This document shows positions 1 to 9,990 of a stretch of 64,000 nt of DNA, piece after piece. The DNA lies in assembly GCA_024696615.1 (NCBI GenBank), contig JAILGS010000090.1:26069-90068 (forward strand). Reading direction: 5' to 3'. The translations under genes were made by a program, and so were the position numbers. A model generated the notes under the pieces. It saw nothing but the letters and a program-made list of their open reading frames with translations, was not told the origin of the DNA and did not search any database. How positions within the stretch are numbered: position 1 is the stretch's first letter; each line of letters begins with the position of its first letter. The DNA comes from Lachnospiraceae bacterium (GTDB taxonomy: Bacteria; Bacillota; Clostridia; Lachnospirales; Lachnospiraceae).

Positions 1-26
1 TATACATGTCGAAGGAGGGAACTACG

Positions 27-2519
27 ATGGGTAAGATGACAGCAATGACGAAGGCACTGGATTTTGACAAGGAAACTTTTAAGAAGGAAGTTTCAGACAA
101 TGTAAAGATGCTCTTTCGTAAGAATTTAAAAGAAGCAGATAAGCAGCAGATTTTCCAGGCAGTATCCTATGCCATTAAGGATATGATCATGGACCGTTGG
201 ATTGCAACACAGAAGGTTTATGAGCAGGAAGACGTGAAGACTGTATATTATATGTCCATGGAATTTTTAATGGGTCGTGCACTGGGTAATAATATTATCA
301 ACCTCACCTGTTATAAGGAAGTGGCTGAAGCTTTGGAGGAACTTGGTATAGATCTGAATGTAGTGGAAGATCAGGAGCCGGATGCAGCCCTTGGTAATGG
401 TGGCCTTGGACGTCTTGCCGCATGTTTCCTAGATTCCTTATCCACACTTGGATATCCAGCCTATGGCTGTGGCATCCGTTATAAATATGGCATGTTTAAG
501 CAGGAGATCCGTGATGGATATCAGGTGGAGGTTCCGGATAACTGGTTAGTGAATGGTAACCCATTTGAAATGAAGCGTCCGGAATATGCCGTAGAAGTAA
601 AGTTTGGTGGATATGTACGTTCTTATGTGGATAAAGAAGGCAGAACCCAGTTCTCCCATGAGGATTATCGTTCCGTCCTGGCAATCCCATATGATATGCC
701 GGTTCTTGGTTATGGTAACAATGTGGTGAATACCCTTCGAATCTGGGATGCGGAGCCGGTTCAGCATTTTAATCTGGATTCCTTTGATAAGGGTGATTAT
801 CACAAGGCAGTGGAAGAAGAGAATCTTGCCAAGACCATTGTAGAGGTTCTGTATCCTAACGATAATCATTATGCAGGTAAGGAACTTCGTTTAAAGCAGC
901 AGTATTTCTTTATTTCTGCCTCCGTACAGCGTGCTATTAGCAAATATAAAGAAAAGCACGGGGATGTTCGTAAATTATATGAGAAGGTAATCTTCCAGTT
1001 GAATGATACCCATCCAACGGTAACCGTAGCAGAATTGATGCGAATTCTTATGGATGAGGAAGGTCTTACCTGGGATGAGGCATGGGAGGTAACCACGAAG
1101 GCAACTGCCTATACCAATCATACCATTATGGCCGAAGCTTTGGAGAAGTGGCCGATTGAATTATTCTCCCGCTTGCTTCCTCGTGTATATCAGATTGTAG
1201 AAGAGATTAATCGTCGTTTTGTAGAAGAGATTAAGGCAAAATATCCTGGCAATCAGGATAAGATTAAGAAGATGGCTATTATTTATGATGGCCAGGTCAA
1301 GATGGCACATCTTGCCATTGTTGCCGGCTGCTCTGTGAATGGTGTAGCCCGTCTTCATACAGAGATTTTAAAGAAGCAGGAACTTCGTGATTTCTACGAG
1401 ATGTATCCGGAGAAATTTAATAATAAGACCAATGGTATTACCCAGAGACGTTTCCTTTTACATGCCAATCCTCTGTTAGCGGACTGGATTACGGAGAAGA
1501 TTGGGGACGAATGGATTACGGATTTAAGTCAGTTAAATAAGTTATCCGTCTATGTGGATGATCCAAAGTGTCAGCAGGAGTTTATGCAGATCAAGTATCA
1601 GAATAAGCTTCGTCTTGCACAATATATCAAGGAGCATAATGGAATTGAAGTGGATCCTCGCTCCATCTTTGATGTACAGGTAAAGCGATTACATGAATAT
1701 AAGAGACAGCTCCTGAATATTCTTCATGTGATGTATCTTTATAATGAATTAAAGAGAAATCCAGGAATGGAATTTACTCCAATTACCTTTATCTTTGGTG
1801 CCAAGGCAGCAGCAGGATATCGTAGAGCGAAGTTAACCATTAAGTTAATTAATAACGTGGCCAATGTGATTAATAACGATAAGTCCATCGAAGGAAAGAT
1901 CAAGGTGGTATTTATTGAGAATTATCGCGTATCCAATGCGGAAATCATTAATGCAGGTGCGGATGTATCCGAGCAGATTTCTACCGCATCCAAGGAGGCT
2001 TCCGGTACTGGTAACATGAAGTTCATGTTAAATGGTGCCATTACCTTAGGAACCATGGATGGTGCCAATGTGGAGATTGTTCAGGAAGTTGGGGAAGAGA
2101 ATGCAGTCATCTTCGGTTTAAGTTCCGATGAAGTAATTCAGTATGAGCAGAATGGTGGCTATGATCCAATGGAGATCTTCAATAACGATCAGGAGATCCG
2201 TGAAGTATTGATGCAGTTAATCAATGGCTTCTATTCTCCAGAAGATCCAGAACTCTTCCGTGAGATTTATAACAGCCTCTTAAATACCCTCTCCAGTGAC
2301 AGAGCGGATACATATTTTATCTTAAAGGATTTCCGTTCTTACATTCAGGCACATCGTGAAATTGAGAAGCGTTATCAGGATGAGAAGGGCTGGGCAAGAA
2401 GTGCTATGTTAAATACCGCCAAGTCCGGAAAGTTCTCTTCGGATCGAACCATTCAGGAATATGTGGATGATATCTGGCATCTGAAGAAGGTTACGGTAAC
2501 ATTAGATCCTGAAAATTAA
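27..2519 (+). CDS. glgP: alpha-glucan (glycogen/maltodextrin) phosphorylase, GT35 family
   Basis: ~830-aa ORF with phosphorylase hallmarks LGNGGLGRLAACFLDS and the PLP-lysine segment EASGTGNMKFMLNGA. GGAGGG at 14-19 favours ATG 27 over the track start at 6. Confidence 0.95.
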   Translation: MGKMTAMTKALDFDKETFKKEVSDNVKMLFRKNLKEADKQQIFQAVSYAIKDMIMDRWIATQKVYEQEDVKTVYYMSMEFLMGRALGNNIINLTCYKEVAEALEELGIDLNVVEDQEPDAALGNGGLGRLAACFLDSLSTLGYPAYGCGIRYKYGMFKQEIRDGYQVEVPDNWLVNGNPFEMKRPEYAVEVKFGGYVRSYVDKEGRTQFSHEDYRSVLAIPYDMPVLGYGNNVVNTLRIWDAEPVQHFNLDSFDKGDYHKAVEEENLAKTIVEVLYPNDNHYAGKELRLKQQYFFISASVQRAISKYKEKHGDVRKLYEKVIFQLNDTHPTVTVAELMRILMDEEGLTWDEAWEVTTKATAYTNHTIMAEALEKWPIELFSRLLPRVYQIVEEINRRFVEEIKAKYPGNQDKIKKMAIIYDGQVKMAHLAIVAGCSVNGVARLHTEILKKQELRDFYEMYPEKFNNKTNGITQRRFLLHANPLLADWITEKIGDEWITDLSQLNKLSVYVDDPKCQQEFMQIKYQNKLRLAQYIKEHNGIEVDPRSIFDVQVKRLHEYKRQLLNILHVMYLYNELKRNPGMEFTPITFIFGAKAAAGYRRAKLTIKLINNVANVINNDKSIEGKIKVVFIENYRVSNAEIINAGADVSEQISTASKEASGTGNMKFMLNGAITLGTMDGANVEIVQEVGEENAVIFGLSSDEVIQYEQNGGYDPMEIFNNDQEIREVLMQLINGFYSPEDPELFREIYNSLLNTLSSDRADTYFILKDFRSYIQAHREIEKRYQDEKGWARSAMLNTAKSGKFSSDRTIQEYVDDIWHLKKVTVTLDPEN

Positions 2520-2551
2520 ATCCTGAAATTAAATTCTGAAAATCAAATCTG

Positions 2552-2591
2552 TACCCTCTTTACTGGTTAGCCGGTAAGGAGGGTATTTTTT
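2552..2591 (+). terminator. rho-independent terminator after glgP
   Basis: TACCCTCTTTA...TAAGGAGGGTA stem (one mismatch) followed by a T6 run. Confidence 0.7.
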
Positions 2592-2599
2592 ATGGTAAA

Positions 2600-2631
2600 A
2601 TGCCGAAAACCCTTATCAAATATGGTATAAT
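2600..2631 (+). promoter_or_regulatory. candidate extended -10 promoter of the glycan operon
   Basis: TGgTATAAT at 2623-2631 with a weak -35. Lies between the glgP terminator and the first operon gene. A 7-bp hairpin GATTCAC/GTGAATC (2655-2679) follows in the 5' UTR. Confidence 0.35.
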
Positions 2632-2713
2632 GGACGATATATATATTGTATTATGATTCACTTTAGAGTGTTGTGAATCCATAGGATGTTCCAGGAAGGC
2701 AGATAGAAGGCAT

Positions 2714-3820
2714 ATGAGTAAGACGAATACCTATACAGAAATAATTGATACATTGGCACAGAATGTTATGGAAGACGTATTATCCAGAACCCAGTATCCG
2801 TATGAGAAGATTTCCTTTTTGATCACGGGGGCTTATGGAATGGTGGGCCGCGTGCTGGTGGATCTTTTGATGCGATTAAATGATCGTTACCAACTTCAAA
2901 ATCACATCTATGGTTTCGGAAGAAATGCGCAAAAGGCTGCTAATGCATTTTCTGCATATGAGAATCGAGAGGATTTTACATATATCAATGGGGATATCAC
3001 CCAAGGTCTTCCTGAATTAGGAAATATGACCTACATGATTCATGCGGCAAGTAATACCCATCCTTTGGAATATAGTAAGGATCCCATTGGGACGATTTGG
3101 ACCAATGTGAAGGGATTGGAAAATCTTTTAAACTATGGAATCAGCCATCAGGTAAGGAGATTGGCATTTATTTCCTCCGTAGAGATTTATGGGGAGAATA
3201 CTTCATCGAAGGATTCTTTTAGTGAGAAAGAGATGGGTTATATTGACTGTAATCAGTTAAGGGCCGGATATCCGGAAAGTAAACGGTTAGGGGAGGCTTT
3301 ATGCTGTGCCTATGGCAAGCAGTATCAGTTGGATTTTGTGATTCCAAGGTTGTGTCGTTCTTATGGACCAACGGTGGGAAAGGATGATTCCAAAGCCCTG
3401 TCCCAGTTTATGAACAATGCACTAAAGGGAGAAGATATTGTTTTAAAGAGCGAAGGAAAGCAGTTTTATTCCTATATGGATGTGTTCGATGCAGTGAAGG
3501 GGCTGTGTTATATCTTCTTTTTAGGAGAAGCGGGAGGGGCCTATAATATTGCTGATGAAAGTCAGGATATTACTCTGAAAGACTTAGCAAGTCTTTGCGC
3601 GGAGTATGCAGGAGGACACGTAATCTTTGATCTTCCTAAGGAGGATGAACGTCAGGGATTTTCCAAGGCTACGAAGGCTATTCTAGATAGTGGAAAATTG
3701 AAGAAGCTTGGCTGGAAGCCGGATTATGATATTCGTCAGGGCCTTAGGATTTCTTTGGATCTTCTTGCCAGAAAAGAGATGGAACAAAAAAGGGACGGAA
3801 AAGTGGGGGAACAGGCATGA
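2714..3820 (+). CDS. extended short-chain dehydrogenase/reductase (NAD-dependent epimerase/dehydratase family); possible ketose-phosphate or CDP-ketose reductase
   Basis: 368 aa with the N-terminal Rossmann motif ITGAYGMVGRVL and catalytic YPESK (YxxxK). Its stop overlaps the start of the cytidylyltransferase gene (ATGA at 3817). Confidence 0.75.
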   Translation: MSKTNTYTEIIDTLAQNVMEDVLSRTQYPYEKISFLITGAYGMVGRVLVDLLMRLNDRYQLQNHIYGFGRNAQKAANAFSAYENREDFTYINGDITQGLPELGNMTYMIHAASNTHPLEYSKDPIGTIWTNVKGLENLLNYGISHQVRRLAFISSVEIYGENTSSKDSFSEKEMGYIDCNQLRAGYPESKRLGEALCCAYGKQYQLDFVIPRLCRSYGPTVGKDDSKALSQFMNNALKGEDIVLKSEGKQFYSYMDVFDAVKGLCYIFFLGEAGGAYNIADESQDITLKDLASLCAEYAGGHVIFDLPKEDERQGFSKATKAILDSGKLKKLGWKPDYDIRQGLRISLDLLARKEMEQKRDGKVGEQA

Positions 3821-4533
3821 ATGTTGCTTTAATTATTGCAGGTGGTAGTGGAAAACGGACCAATCAGGATATTCCAAAACAGTTTTTAAATGTAATGGAT
3901 AAACCCATTGTGGTATATACCTTGGAGACCTTTCAGAAGCATCCGGAAATTCAGGGCATTGCAGTGGTCTGTCTCGAAGGCTGGGAACATGTACTGGAGG
4001 CCTATGCAAAACAGTTTGGAATTGCAAAATTGCAGTGGATTGTGAAGGGTGGTGCCAGTGGTCAGGAATCCATTCGCAACGGATTAGAAGCCTTAGAGAA
4101 AGAATTATCCCCGGAGGATGTGGTATTAATTCATGATGGAATTCGTCCCATGGTGGATCCTTCCATTATCACGGATTGTATTGCGAAATGTAAAGAATAT
4201 GGGAATGGAATTACTTCCCTTCCAATTACGGAGCAGATTTTTGAGAAGGATACGGAAGAAACTACCACGAAAGTAATTCCAAGAGAGAAGTTAAAGATTC
4301 TTCAGACTCCTCAGGCATATCGATATGAAACCATTCTTTCCCGATATCGTGAGGGATTTGAGAAGGAGATTGGTATTGGACCATCGGATTATGCGAATAC
4401 CTTGATGGTGAAATTAGGAGAAACCCTTTATTTTGCCAAAGGTTCCTCCAATAATATTAAGATTACCACCAAAGAGGATATTGAAACCTTTAAAGCGATG
4501 TTAACAGTGAATAAGGCTACCTGGTTAAAATAG
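3817..4533 (+). CDS. IspD/TarI-family cytidylyltransferase (CDP-alditol or CDP-alcohol synthase)
   Basis: 238 aa. The N-terminal IIAGGSGKRTNQDIPKQF P-loop-like motif is typical of IspD/TarI. Translationally coupled to the upstream SDR. Confidence 0.8.
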   Translation: MNVALIIAGGSGKRTNQDIPKQFLNVMDKPIVVYTLETFQKHPEIQGIAVVCLEGWEHVLEAYAKQFGIAKLQWIVKGGASGQESIRNGLEALEKELSPEDVVLIHDGIRPMVDPSIITDCIAKCKEYGNGITSLPITEQIFEKDTEETTTKVIPREKLKILQTPQAYRYETILSRYREGFEKEIGIGPSDYANTLMVKLGETLYFAKGSSNNIKITTKEDIETFKAMLTVNKATWLK

Positions 4534-4571
4534 AAAACCTGGGAAAGTTAGAATAGAGAAGAGGGACGAAG

Positions 4572-5453
4572 ATGGAGACGAAGGACGAGGAACTTCTGTT
4601 AGATGGAAAGACATTAAGACAGCTCCAGTTAAATGAATTGGAACTGGTGGTAGAAGTGGATCGAATCTGTAGAAAATATGGAATCCAATATTCCTTGGAT
4701 GGTGGAACCCTGTTGGGGGCGATTCGTCATAAAGGATTTATTCCCTGGGATGATGATGCGGATCTTATTTTTACACGACATGAATATGCGAAATTTTATC
4801 GTGCCTGTAAGAAGGAGTTACAGGGAAGTAAATTCTTCCTCCAGGAGTGGCGAACGGATCCCTATTATCGATGGGGCTATGCGAAATTAAGAAATCGCTC
4901 CACGGAATATATTCGTGCCGGACAGGAGCATATGAAATATCAGACCGGTGTGTGTGTGGATCTCTTCGTTGTGGATCATGTTCCCGATTCCAAGATTCTT
5001 CGTGGATTATTTTATTATTACAATCTGGGAATCCGAAAGATTTTATATTCGGAACTTGGTATGGTTCAGGCTAAGTCCATAGGTTTAAGACGGTGGTATG
5101 GATTATTATATAAAATCCCAAGAAATCTGGTATTTCGTGCAAGAAATGCAGTGGCAGGACTGGTAAATCTCCATTCTACAGAGCTTGTCAGCCACTTGGG
5201 ATATCAATATCCGAAAAGATGCCAATATGGTATGCCCGCCACTTGTTTTGAAGATTATATCGAAATTGAATTTGAAGGGATGAAGTTCATGGGATTTCGT
5301 CAATATGATCTCTATCTTCGCACCCATTATGGGGATTATATGACCCTGCCACCAAAGGAACAGCAGAGGGGCTTTAACAATGCTTCCACCATGGTGTTAT
5401 CCGACATTACGTTAGAAGCGATTCAGGCACAGTATGCTCACAATCATGGCTAA
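4572..5453 (+). CDS. LicD-family phosphotransferase (copy 1)
   Basis: 293 aa with the canonical LicD core LDGGTLLGAIRHKGFIPWDDDADL. Confidence 0.85.
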   Translation: METKDEELLLDGKTLRQLQLNELELVVEVDRICRKYGIQYSLDGGTLLGAIRHKGFIPWDDDADLIFTRHEYAKFYRACKKELQGSKFFLQEWRTDPYYRWGYAKLRNRSTEYIRAGQEHMKYQTGVCVDLFVVDHVPDSKILRGLFYYYNLGIRKILYSELGMVQAKSIGLRRWYGLLYKIPRNLVFRARNAVAGLVNLHSTELVSHLGYQYPKRCQYGMPATCFEDYIEIEFEGMKFMGFRQYDLYLRTHYGDYMTLPPKEQQRGFNNASTMVLSDITLEAIQAQYAHNHG

Positions 5454-5471
5454 GAAGGATGGTATGACATT

Positions 5472-6533
5472 ATGTATTATGTTAATCCAAATCTTGTAGA
5501 TTTACACAGAATTACCTATCAAAATCATCGCAAGGAATACCTTCGTCTGGATTTAAATGAGAATCCCGGAGGTCTTCCACAGGAGTTTATTGATGAGGTA
5601 TTACAGGATATTACTCCGGGATTTGTTTCCCAGTATCCGGAAACTCTGGATTTTGAAAATTGCCTGGCAAAGTTTCATGGAATTCATCGGGAGAACTTGT
5701 GTCTGGTGAATGGTTCCTCCGAAGGCGTTCGTTTTATCATTGAAGCATTTTCTTCTCCGGGAGGAAAGGTTGTGGGAGTTGTTCCTTCCTATGCCATGTA
5801 TCAGGTGTACTGCCTGATGTACGGACGGAATTTTGAGCAGATCCCTTATCGAGAGGATTTAACAATCAGGGCCCAGGATATCATCGACCATCTGAATCAA
5901 GAGGTGGATCTTTTAGTCCTGTTAAATCCTAATAATCCCGTGGGGGATGCCTATAGTAATGAGGACTTTGAGAAGATTTTAGAAGTAACCAGACAATATG
6001 AGATTAATGTACTGGTGGATGAGGCATATCAATATTTTTATAATAATTCCTTTATGAAGTATGCCTTAGACAATCCCCATGTATTTGTTACGAGAACCTT
6101 TAGTAAGCTCTTTTCTTTAGGAAGCCTTCGTCTTGGATATGTGGTGGGACAGCCCGAGGGAATTCATATGATTTCTAATCTATGCACCCCACATAATACC
6201 AATGCATTTGCAATGAAATTCGCTCAAGCGATTTTGGAGCGGGATGGAATGATTGACGAATTGGTGAACAAGCAGCTGACAGGGAAGGCTTATGTGATTG
6301 AAGAATTAAAAAAACATGGTTTTACCGTGAATGCGAAAGAGGGGAATTTTATCTTCGTGAAGCCACGCCACGTGGATGCGGATGAGATTGTGGAGCGGAT
6401 GAAGACGGAGAAGAAGATTTTAATCAAGTCCTATCAGGGAATCGGGTCCCTTGGCAAATGTCTTCGCGTTACTACGGGCGAGAAGATTTATATGGAGCAA
6501 TTTTTAGAGGCTCTTTATGCTATTGATTGTTAG
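5472..6533 (+). CDS. class I/II PLP-dependent enzyme, HisC/CobD-like (aminotransferase or phospho-amino-acid decarboxylase)
   Basis: 353 aa with LDLNENPGGLP near the N-terminus and the PLP-lysine context TRTFSKLFSLGSLRLGY, typical of histidinol-phosphate aminotransferase / threonine-phosphate decarboxylase relatives. Confidence 0.75.
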   Translation: MYYVNPNLVDLHRITYQNHRKEYLRLDLNENPGGLPQEFIDEVLQDITPGFVSQYPETLDFENCLAKFHGIHRENLCLVNGSSEGVRFIIEAFSSPGGKVVGVVPSYAMYQVYCLMYGRNFEQIPYREDLTIRAQDIIDHLNQEVDLLVLLNPNNPVGDAYSNEDFEKILEVTRQYEINVLVDEAYQYFYNNSFMKYALDNPHVFVTRTFSKLFSLGSLRLGYVVGQPEGIHMISNLCTPHNTNAFAMKFAQAILERDGMIDELVNKQLTGKAYVIEELKKHGFTVNAKEGNFIFVKPRHVDADEIVERMKTEKKILIKSYQGIGSLGKCLRVTTGEKIYMEQFLEALYAIDC

Positions 6534-6561
6534 GTGAAGTATATAGATTAGGGGGGATTAC

Positions 6562-7515
6562 ATGGATCACGAAGAATATGATGCATTAGTGGTGGTAACA
6601 CCCAAGGATTATCTTAGAGTGGAACGGACGATGGAGCAATTAGTAAGATATCTTCCCGTCCGAAAAATCATCTATATTGGAAGTGTGGAAGTGGGAGAGT
6701 ATGTATCAGAGTCTCCCTGGAAGGATAATCTTGGATTTATCAATGAGAATGATTTAATACCTTTCTCCCAAGTATACGACTGCATGACAAAGATTATGGA
6801 GCCATTGTTACAGGGGCGGGCATTGCCCCGAGGGATTGTTGGCTGGTATTATCAGCAGTTTCTAAAGATGGAATATGCAAGGGTTTCGGATCATCCATAT
6901 TATATGACCTGGGATGGGGATACCCTTCCTTGTGGTGCATTTTCCATGTTTTCTGCAGATGGACGCCCTTACTTTGATATGAAGCATGAATACTGTGAAG
7001 AGTATTTTGTGACCATGACGAAATTATTTCCGGATCTCCATAAATTACTGGACAAATCTTTTATTTCGGAACATATGCTCTTTTCCTGTGTGTATATGAA
7101 GGCATTAATGGAAGAGCTGGAGGAACGAAAGGACCTTGAGGGGGAACATTTCTGGGAAAAGATTCTTCATTCCATTCGTTTAGAACATATTCAGGAGAGT
7201 TCTTTTAGTGAATTTGAAACTTATGGAACTTATATGATGACGCGGCATCCGGAGGTTTATGAATACCGTAATTGGCATTCCTTCCGTTATGGGGGATATT
7301 TTTTCCGGCCGGAGGAGATGAAAGAACAGGACTATCAGTGGTTAGGAAAGGACTTTTTTGCAATCTCTTTTGAAAAGGGGCATGCAGTTCGGGAGGATTT
7401 TGATCATCTGTTTAATAATCCAGTTTACCAGCAGAAAATGTCTGCCAGACAAATGTTAGAAATTGCCCAGGAAGAGATGGAAGGATATAAGGAAGTCTGG
7501 GAAGAGGGAGAGTAG
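6562..7515 (+). CDS. hypothetical protein, possibly a GT-A-like nucleotide-sugar transferase
   Basis: 317 aa with no hydrophobic spans. The N-terminal beta-alpha start ALVVVTPKDY and a WDGDT acidic motif hint at a nucleotide-diphospho-sugar transferase fold. I recognise no family with confidence. Confidence 0.3.
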   Translation: MDHEEYDALVVVTPKDYLRVERTMEQLVRYLPVRKIIYIGSVEVGEYVSESPWKDNLGFINENDLIPFSQVYDCMTKIMEPLLQGRALPRGIVGWYYQQFLKMEYARVSDHPYYMTWDGDTLPCGAFSMFSADGRPYFDMKHEYCEEYFVTMTKLFPDLHKLLDKSFISEHMLFSCVYMKALMEELEERKDLEGEHFWEKILHSIRLEHIQESSFSEFETYGTYMMTRHPEVYEYRNWHSFRYGGYFFRPEEMKEQDYQWLGKDFFAISFEKGHAVREDFDHLFNNPVYQQKMSARQMLEIAQEEMEGYKEVWEEGE

Positions 7516-7516
7516 C

Positions 7517-9055
7517 ATGGTTAAGATTGAAAAAGAGCGCATTCAAAAGACTTTAGAAAGCGTCATGCGGTTGTTAACACTTCTGCCCCAGGAAGGGATG
7601 GAGGATAGGATTCAGATTTTAACCAAGTGTCAGGAAGCTGTGATCTCTGTTGGGGAGAAACTGGAAGGAATGACCAAAAAGGTGGATCAGGAAGCCATCA
7701 TGCAGTATGGGATCATTCATGAATTGGAAGAGTTTTGCGAAGGGGTATTTTTAGCCTCCCAGCCCGAATGTTTGGAGGAAGAAGAGGCTTTCGTACGTAA
7801 GCTGGTATCCATGAAGGCACTATTAACGAATGTGATCGTGGAACTGAATCAGATCCCACGAACTTATCGGGTGGTATTTTTGCCTTATAAAGCAGCCATG
7901 TGGGATAGTTTAGAAAGCGTGTGGAAGGCATTTGCCAAGGATGAATATTGTGAAACGGTGGTGCTTCCCGTACCTTATTTTGAGATGAATCGAAAGGACC
8001 AACAATGGGATACCCGCTATGATGGCAATGATTTTCCGAAGGATGTTCCTGTGGTTAGTTTTGAGGAGTATTTCTTAGAAGATATGAGACCGGATTTGGC
8101 ATTTACCCATAATCCATTTGATGAACATAATAATGTAACCATGATTCATCCAGCCTTTCATTCCCAGGAATTAAAAAAGCATTGTGGTAAGGTTGTTTAT
8201 ATTCCTTATTATTTTAATTCCGGCTATATTTCAGAAGATTATTTATATCTGCCTTTATTAGAACGGGTGGATTATATTATTGTACAATCCGATAAAGCGA
8301 AGGAAAGTACCAGGTCCATGCCTTATTATGAACGGTGTATTCCACTTGGCTCTCCAAAATGTGACAAGTTAGTGTCCATGATGAAAGAAGCAATCGAACC
8401 ACCGAAGGAGTGGGGAATGGATTTTCATGGAAAGAAGAGTTTACTTTTAAATACCACCATCACGGATTTTTTGGTTCATGGGGAGAAATTATTAAAGAAG
8501 TTACGATTGTTCTTTCAAAAGGTGGCATCCATGGAGGATATTGTTTTGGTATGGAGACCCCATCCTCTTTTAGAAGGAACGATTAAGGCCATGCGCCCAC
8601 AGTTATGGGATGGCTATCAGGAATTACTTGCTTTCTTTAAAGAAAATCAGGTGGGGGTGTTTGATACAACTCCGGATATTTCCAGAGCTGTGGTGGTGAC
8701 GGATGGATATGTGGGATCAGCGTACAGTTCCGTGGTGGATCTATATCAGGTAAGTGGAAAACCGGCCTTTTTATTCCGAAGTGATTGTATTTTTGATATT
8801 TCCCAAAAGCCGGATCGAACTGCGGATTCTGCGTTCCAGGCCTTTCGGTATTTGGAAACAATGCACTATTATGCCGCTTATGAAGATTGGAATTATCTCT
8901 TTGAAGACTTTGTAGAAGACTTAATCCATGATCGCTTGGGAGAAGTGAAAGCGCAGCAGATGATCTATGAAGAGGGGCATCTGAATAACATGGATGGAAC
9001 TGCAGGAGAAAAAATTTATGAGTTTCTTAAGAAGGAATTAGCGCAGGAAACTTAA
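7517..9055 (+). CDS. putative TagB/TagF-like CDP-alcohol (glycerol/ribitol) phosphotransferase
   Basis: 512 aa from ATG 7517, with GGGAG RBS at 7506-7510, 1 nt after the upstream stop. The C-terminal half (RPHPLL..., VTDGYVGSAYSSV...GKP) resembles teichoic-acid-type glycerophosphotransferases. The track start at 7463 overlaps the upstream gene and is rejected. Confidence 0.45.
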   Translation: MVKIEKERIQKTLESVMRLLTLLPQEGMEDRIQILTKCQEAVISVGEKLEGMTKKVDQEAIMQYGIIHELEEFCEGVFLASQPECLEEEEAFVRKLVSMKALLTNVIVELNQIPRTYRVVFLPYKAAMWDSLESVWKAFAKDEYCETVVLPVPYFEMNRKDQQWDTRYDGNDFPKDVPVVSFEEYFLEDMRPDLAFTHNPFDEHNNVTMIHPAFHSQELKKHCGKVVYIPYYFNSGYISEDYLYLPLLERVDYIIVQSDKAKESTRSMPYYERCIPLGSPKCDKLVSMMKEAIEPPKEWGMDFHGKKSLLLNTTITDFLVHGEKLLKKLRLFFQKVASMEDIVLVWRPHPLLEGTIKAMRPQLWDGYQELLAFFKENQVGVFDTTPDISRAVVVTDGYVGSAYSSVVDLYQVSGKPAFLFRSDCIFDISQKPDRTADSAFQAFRYLETMHYYAAYEDWNYLFEDFVEDLIHDRLGEVKAQQMIYEEGHLNNMDGTAGEKIYEFLKKELAQET

Positions 9056-9072
9056 CAAGTGGGGGAAGAACT

Positions 9073-9990
9073 ATGAATCTGGCTACTGCATTAAATCGAA
9101 AATATCTACCATATGCGGGAGTAATGCTTTATTCCTTCTGTGTGAATAATCCAGGGCATGTGGATGCCTATATTCTTCATCATGAACTGGAAGACTTGGA
9201 TTTACTGGCCTTGGATGATGCACTTTCCTGTTTTGATATTACCATTCATTCCATGCAAATCGACCCGGAGGGATTCTGTAATAAGATGTATACGGATAAG
9301 GTATGGACCGTAGAAGCCTATTATCGATTAATGCTCTTAGATATTCTTCCTGAGGATGTGGATCGACTGTTCTATTTTGATGTGGATCTGATCATTAATA
9401 AAAATCTACGTGGACTATACGAACTGGATTTTGAGGGAAAGGATCTGGTGGTATGTGAGGATGATTGTGGAAACTGTACTCCAGAGCGTTATGGACCAAT
9501 GCACCGGAAGATTTTTGGAGCTCCGGAATGGAAGGAATACCGCTATTTTAATTCCGGCGTGATGCTGATGAACATTGAAAAACTTCGAAAAGAATATAGT
9601 TATGAGTATTATATGGATGTAGCTCATAAGGTATGGAATTACCAGATGGAAGCACCGGATCAGGATTTATTAAATTATGTGCATGGAAAACAGGTGAAAT
9701 ATGTTCCTTATGAATTTTATAATTTATTCGGGCGTATTGCTCATTATAGTCAAATTCCTGTATCCATGGTGCGGGAGAAGGTATCCATTATTCACTATAC
9801 CTGGTTAAAGCCATGGGATGGTACAGCAACACACTATCCTTTAGAACAGATTTGGTGGGACTATGCAAGAATGATTAGTTTCTATCCTTCCATTGCACAA
9901 AAATTTATCGAAGATACCATTTCTAACAATGATGCGGATGAAAAGATACGACGGTTAGAGGAGTTATTTCGAACGGGGGATCCAAAATGA
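9073..9990 (+). CDS. family 8 glycosyltransferase (retaining GT-A)
   Basis: 305 aa with GT8-type motifs: YLPYAGVMLYS, YFDVDLII (DxD) and FNSGVMLMN. Confidence 0.8.
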   Translation: MNLATALNRKYLPYAGVMLYSFCVNNPGHVDAYILHHELEDLDLLALDDALSCFDITIHSMQIDPEGFCNKMYTDKVWTVEAYYRLMLLDILPEDVDRLFYFDVDLIINKNLRGLYELDFEGKDLVVCEDDCGNCTPERYGPMHRKIFGAPEWKEYRYFNSGVMLMNIEKLRKEYSYEYYMDVAHKVWNYQMEAPDQDLLNYVHGKQVKYVPYEFYNLFGRIAHYSQIPVSMVREKVSIIHYTWLKPWDGTATHYPLEQIWWDYARMISFYPSIAQKFIEDTISNNDADEKIRRLEELFRTGDPK

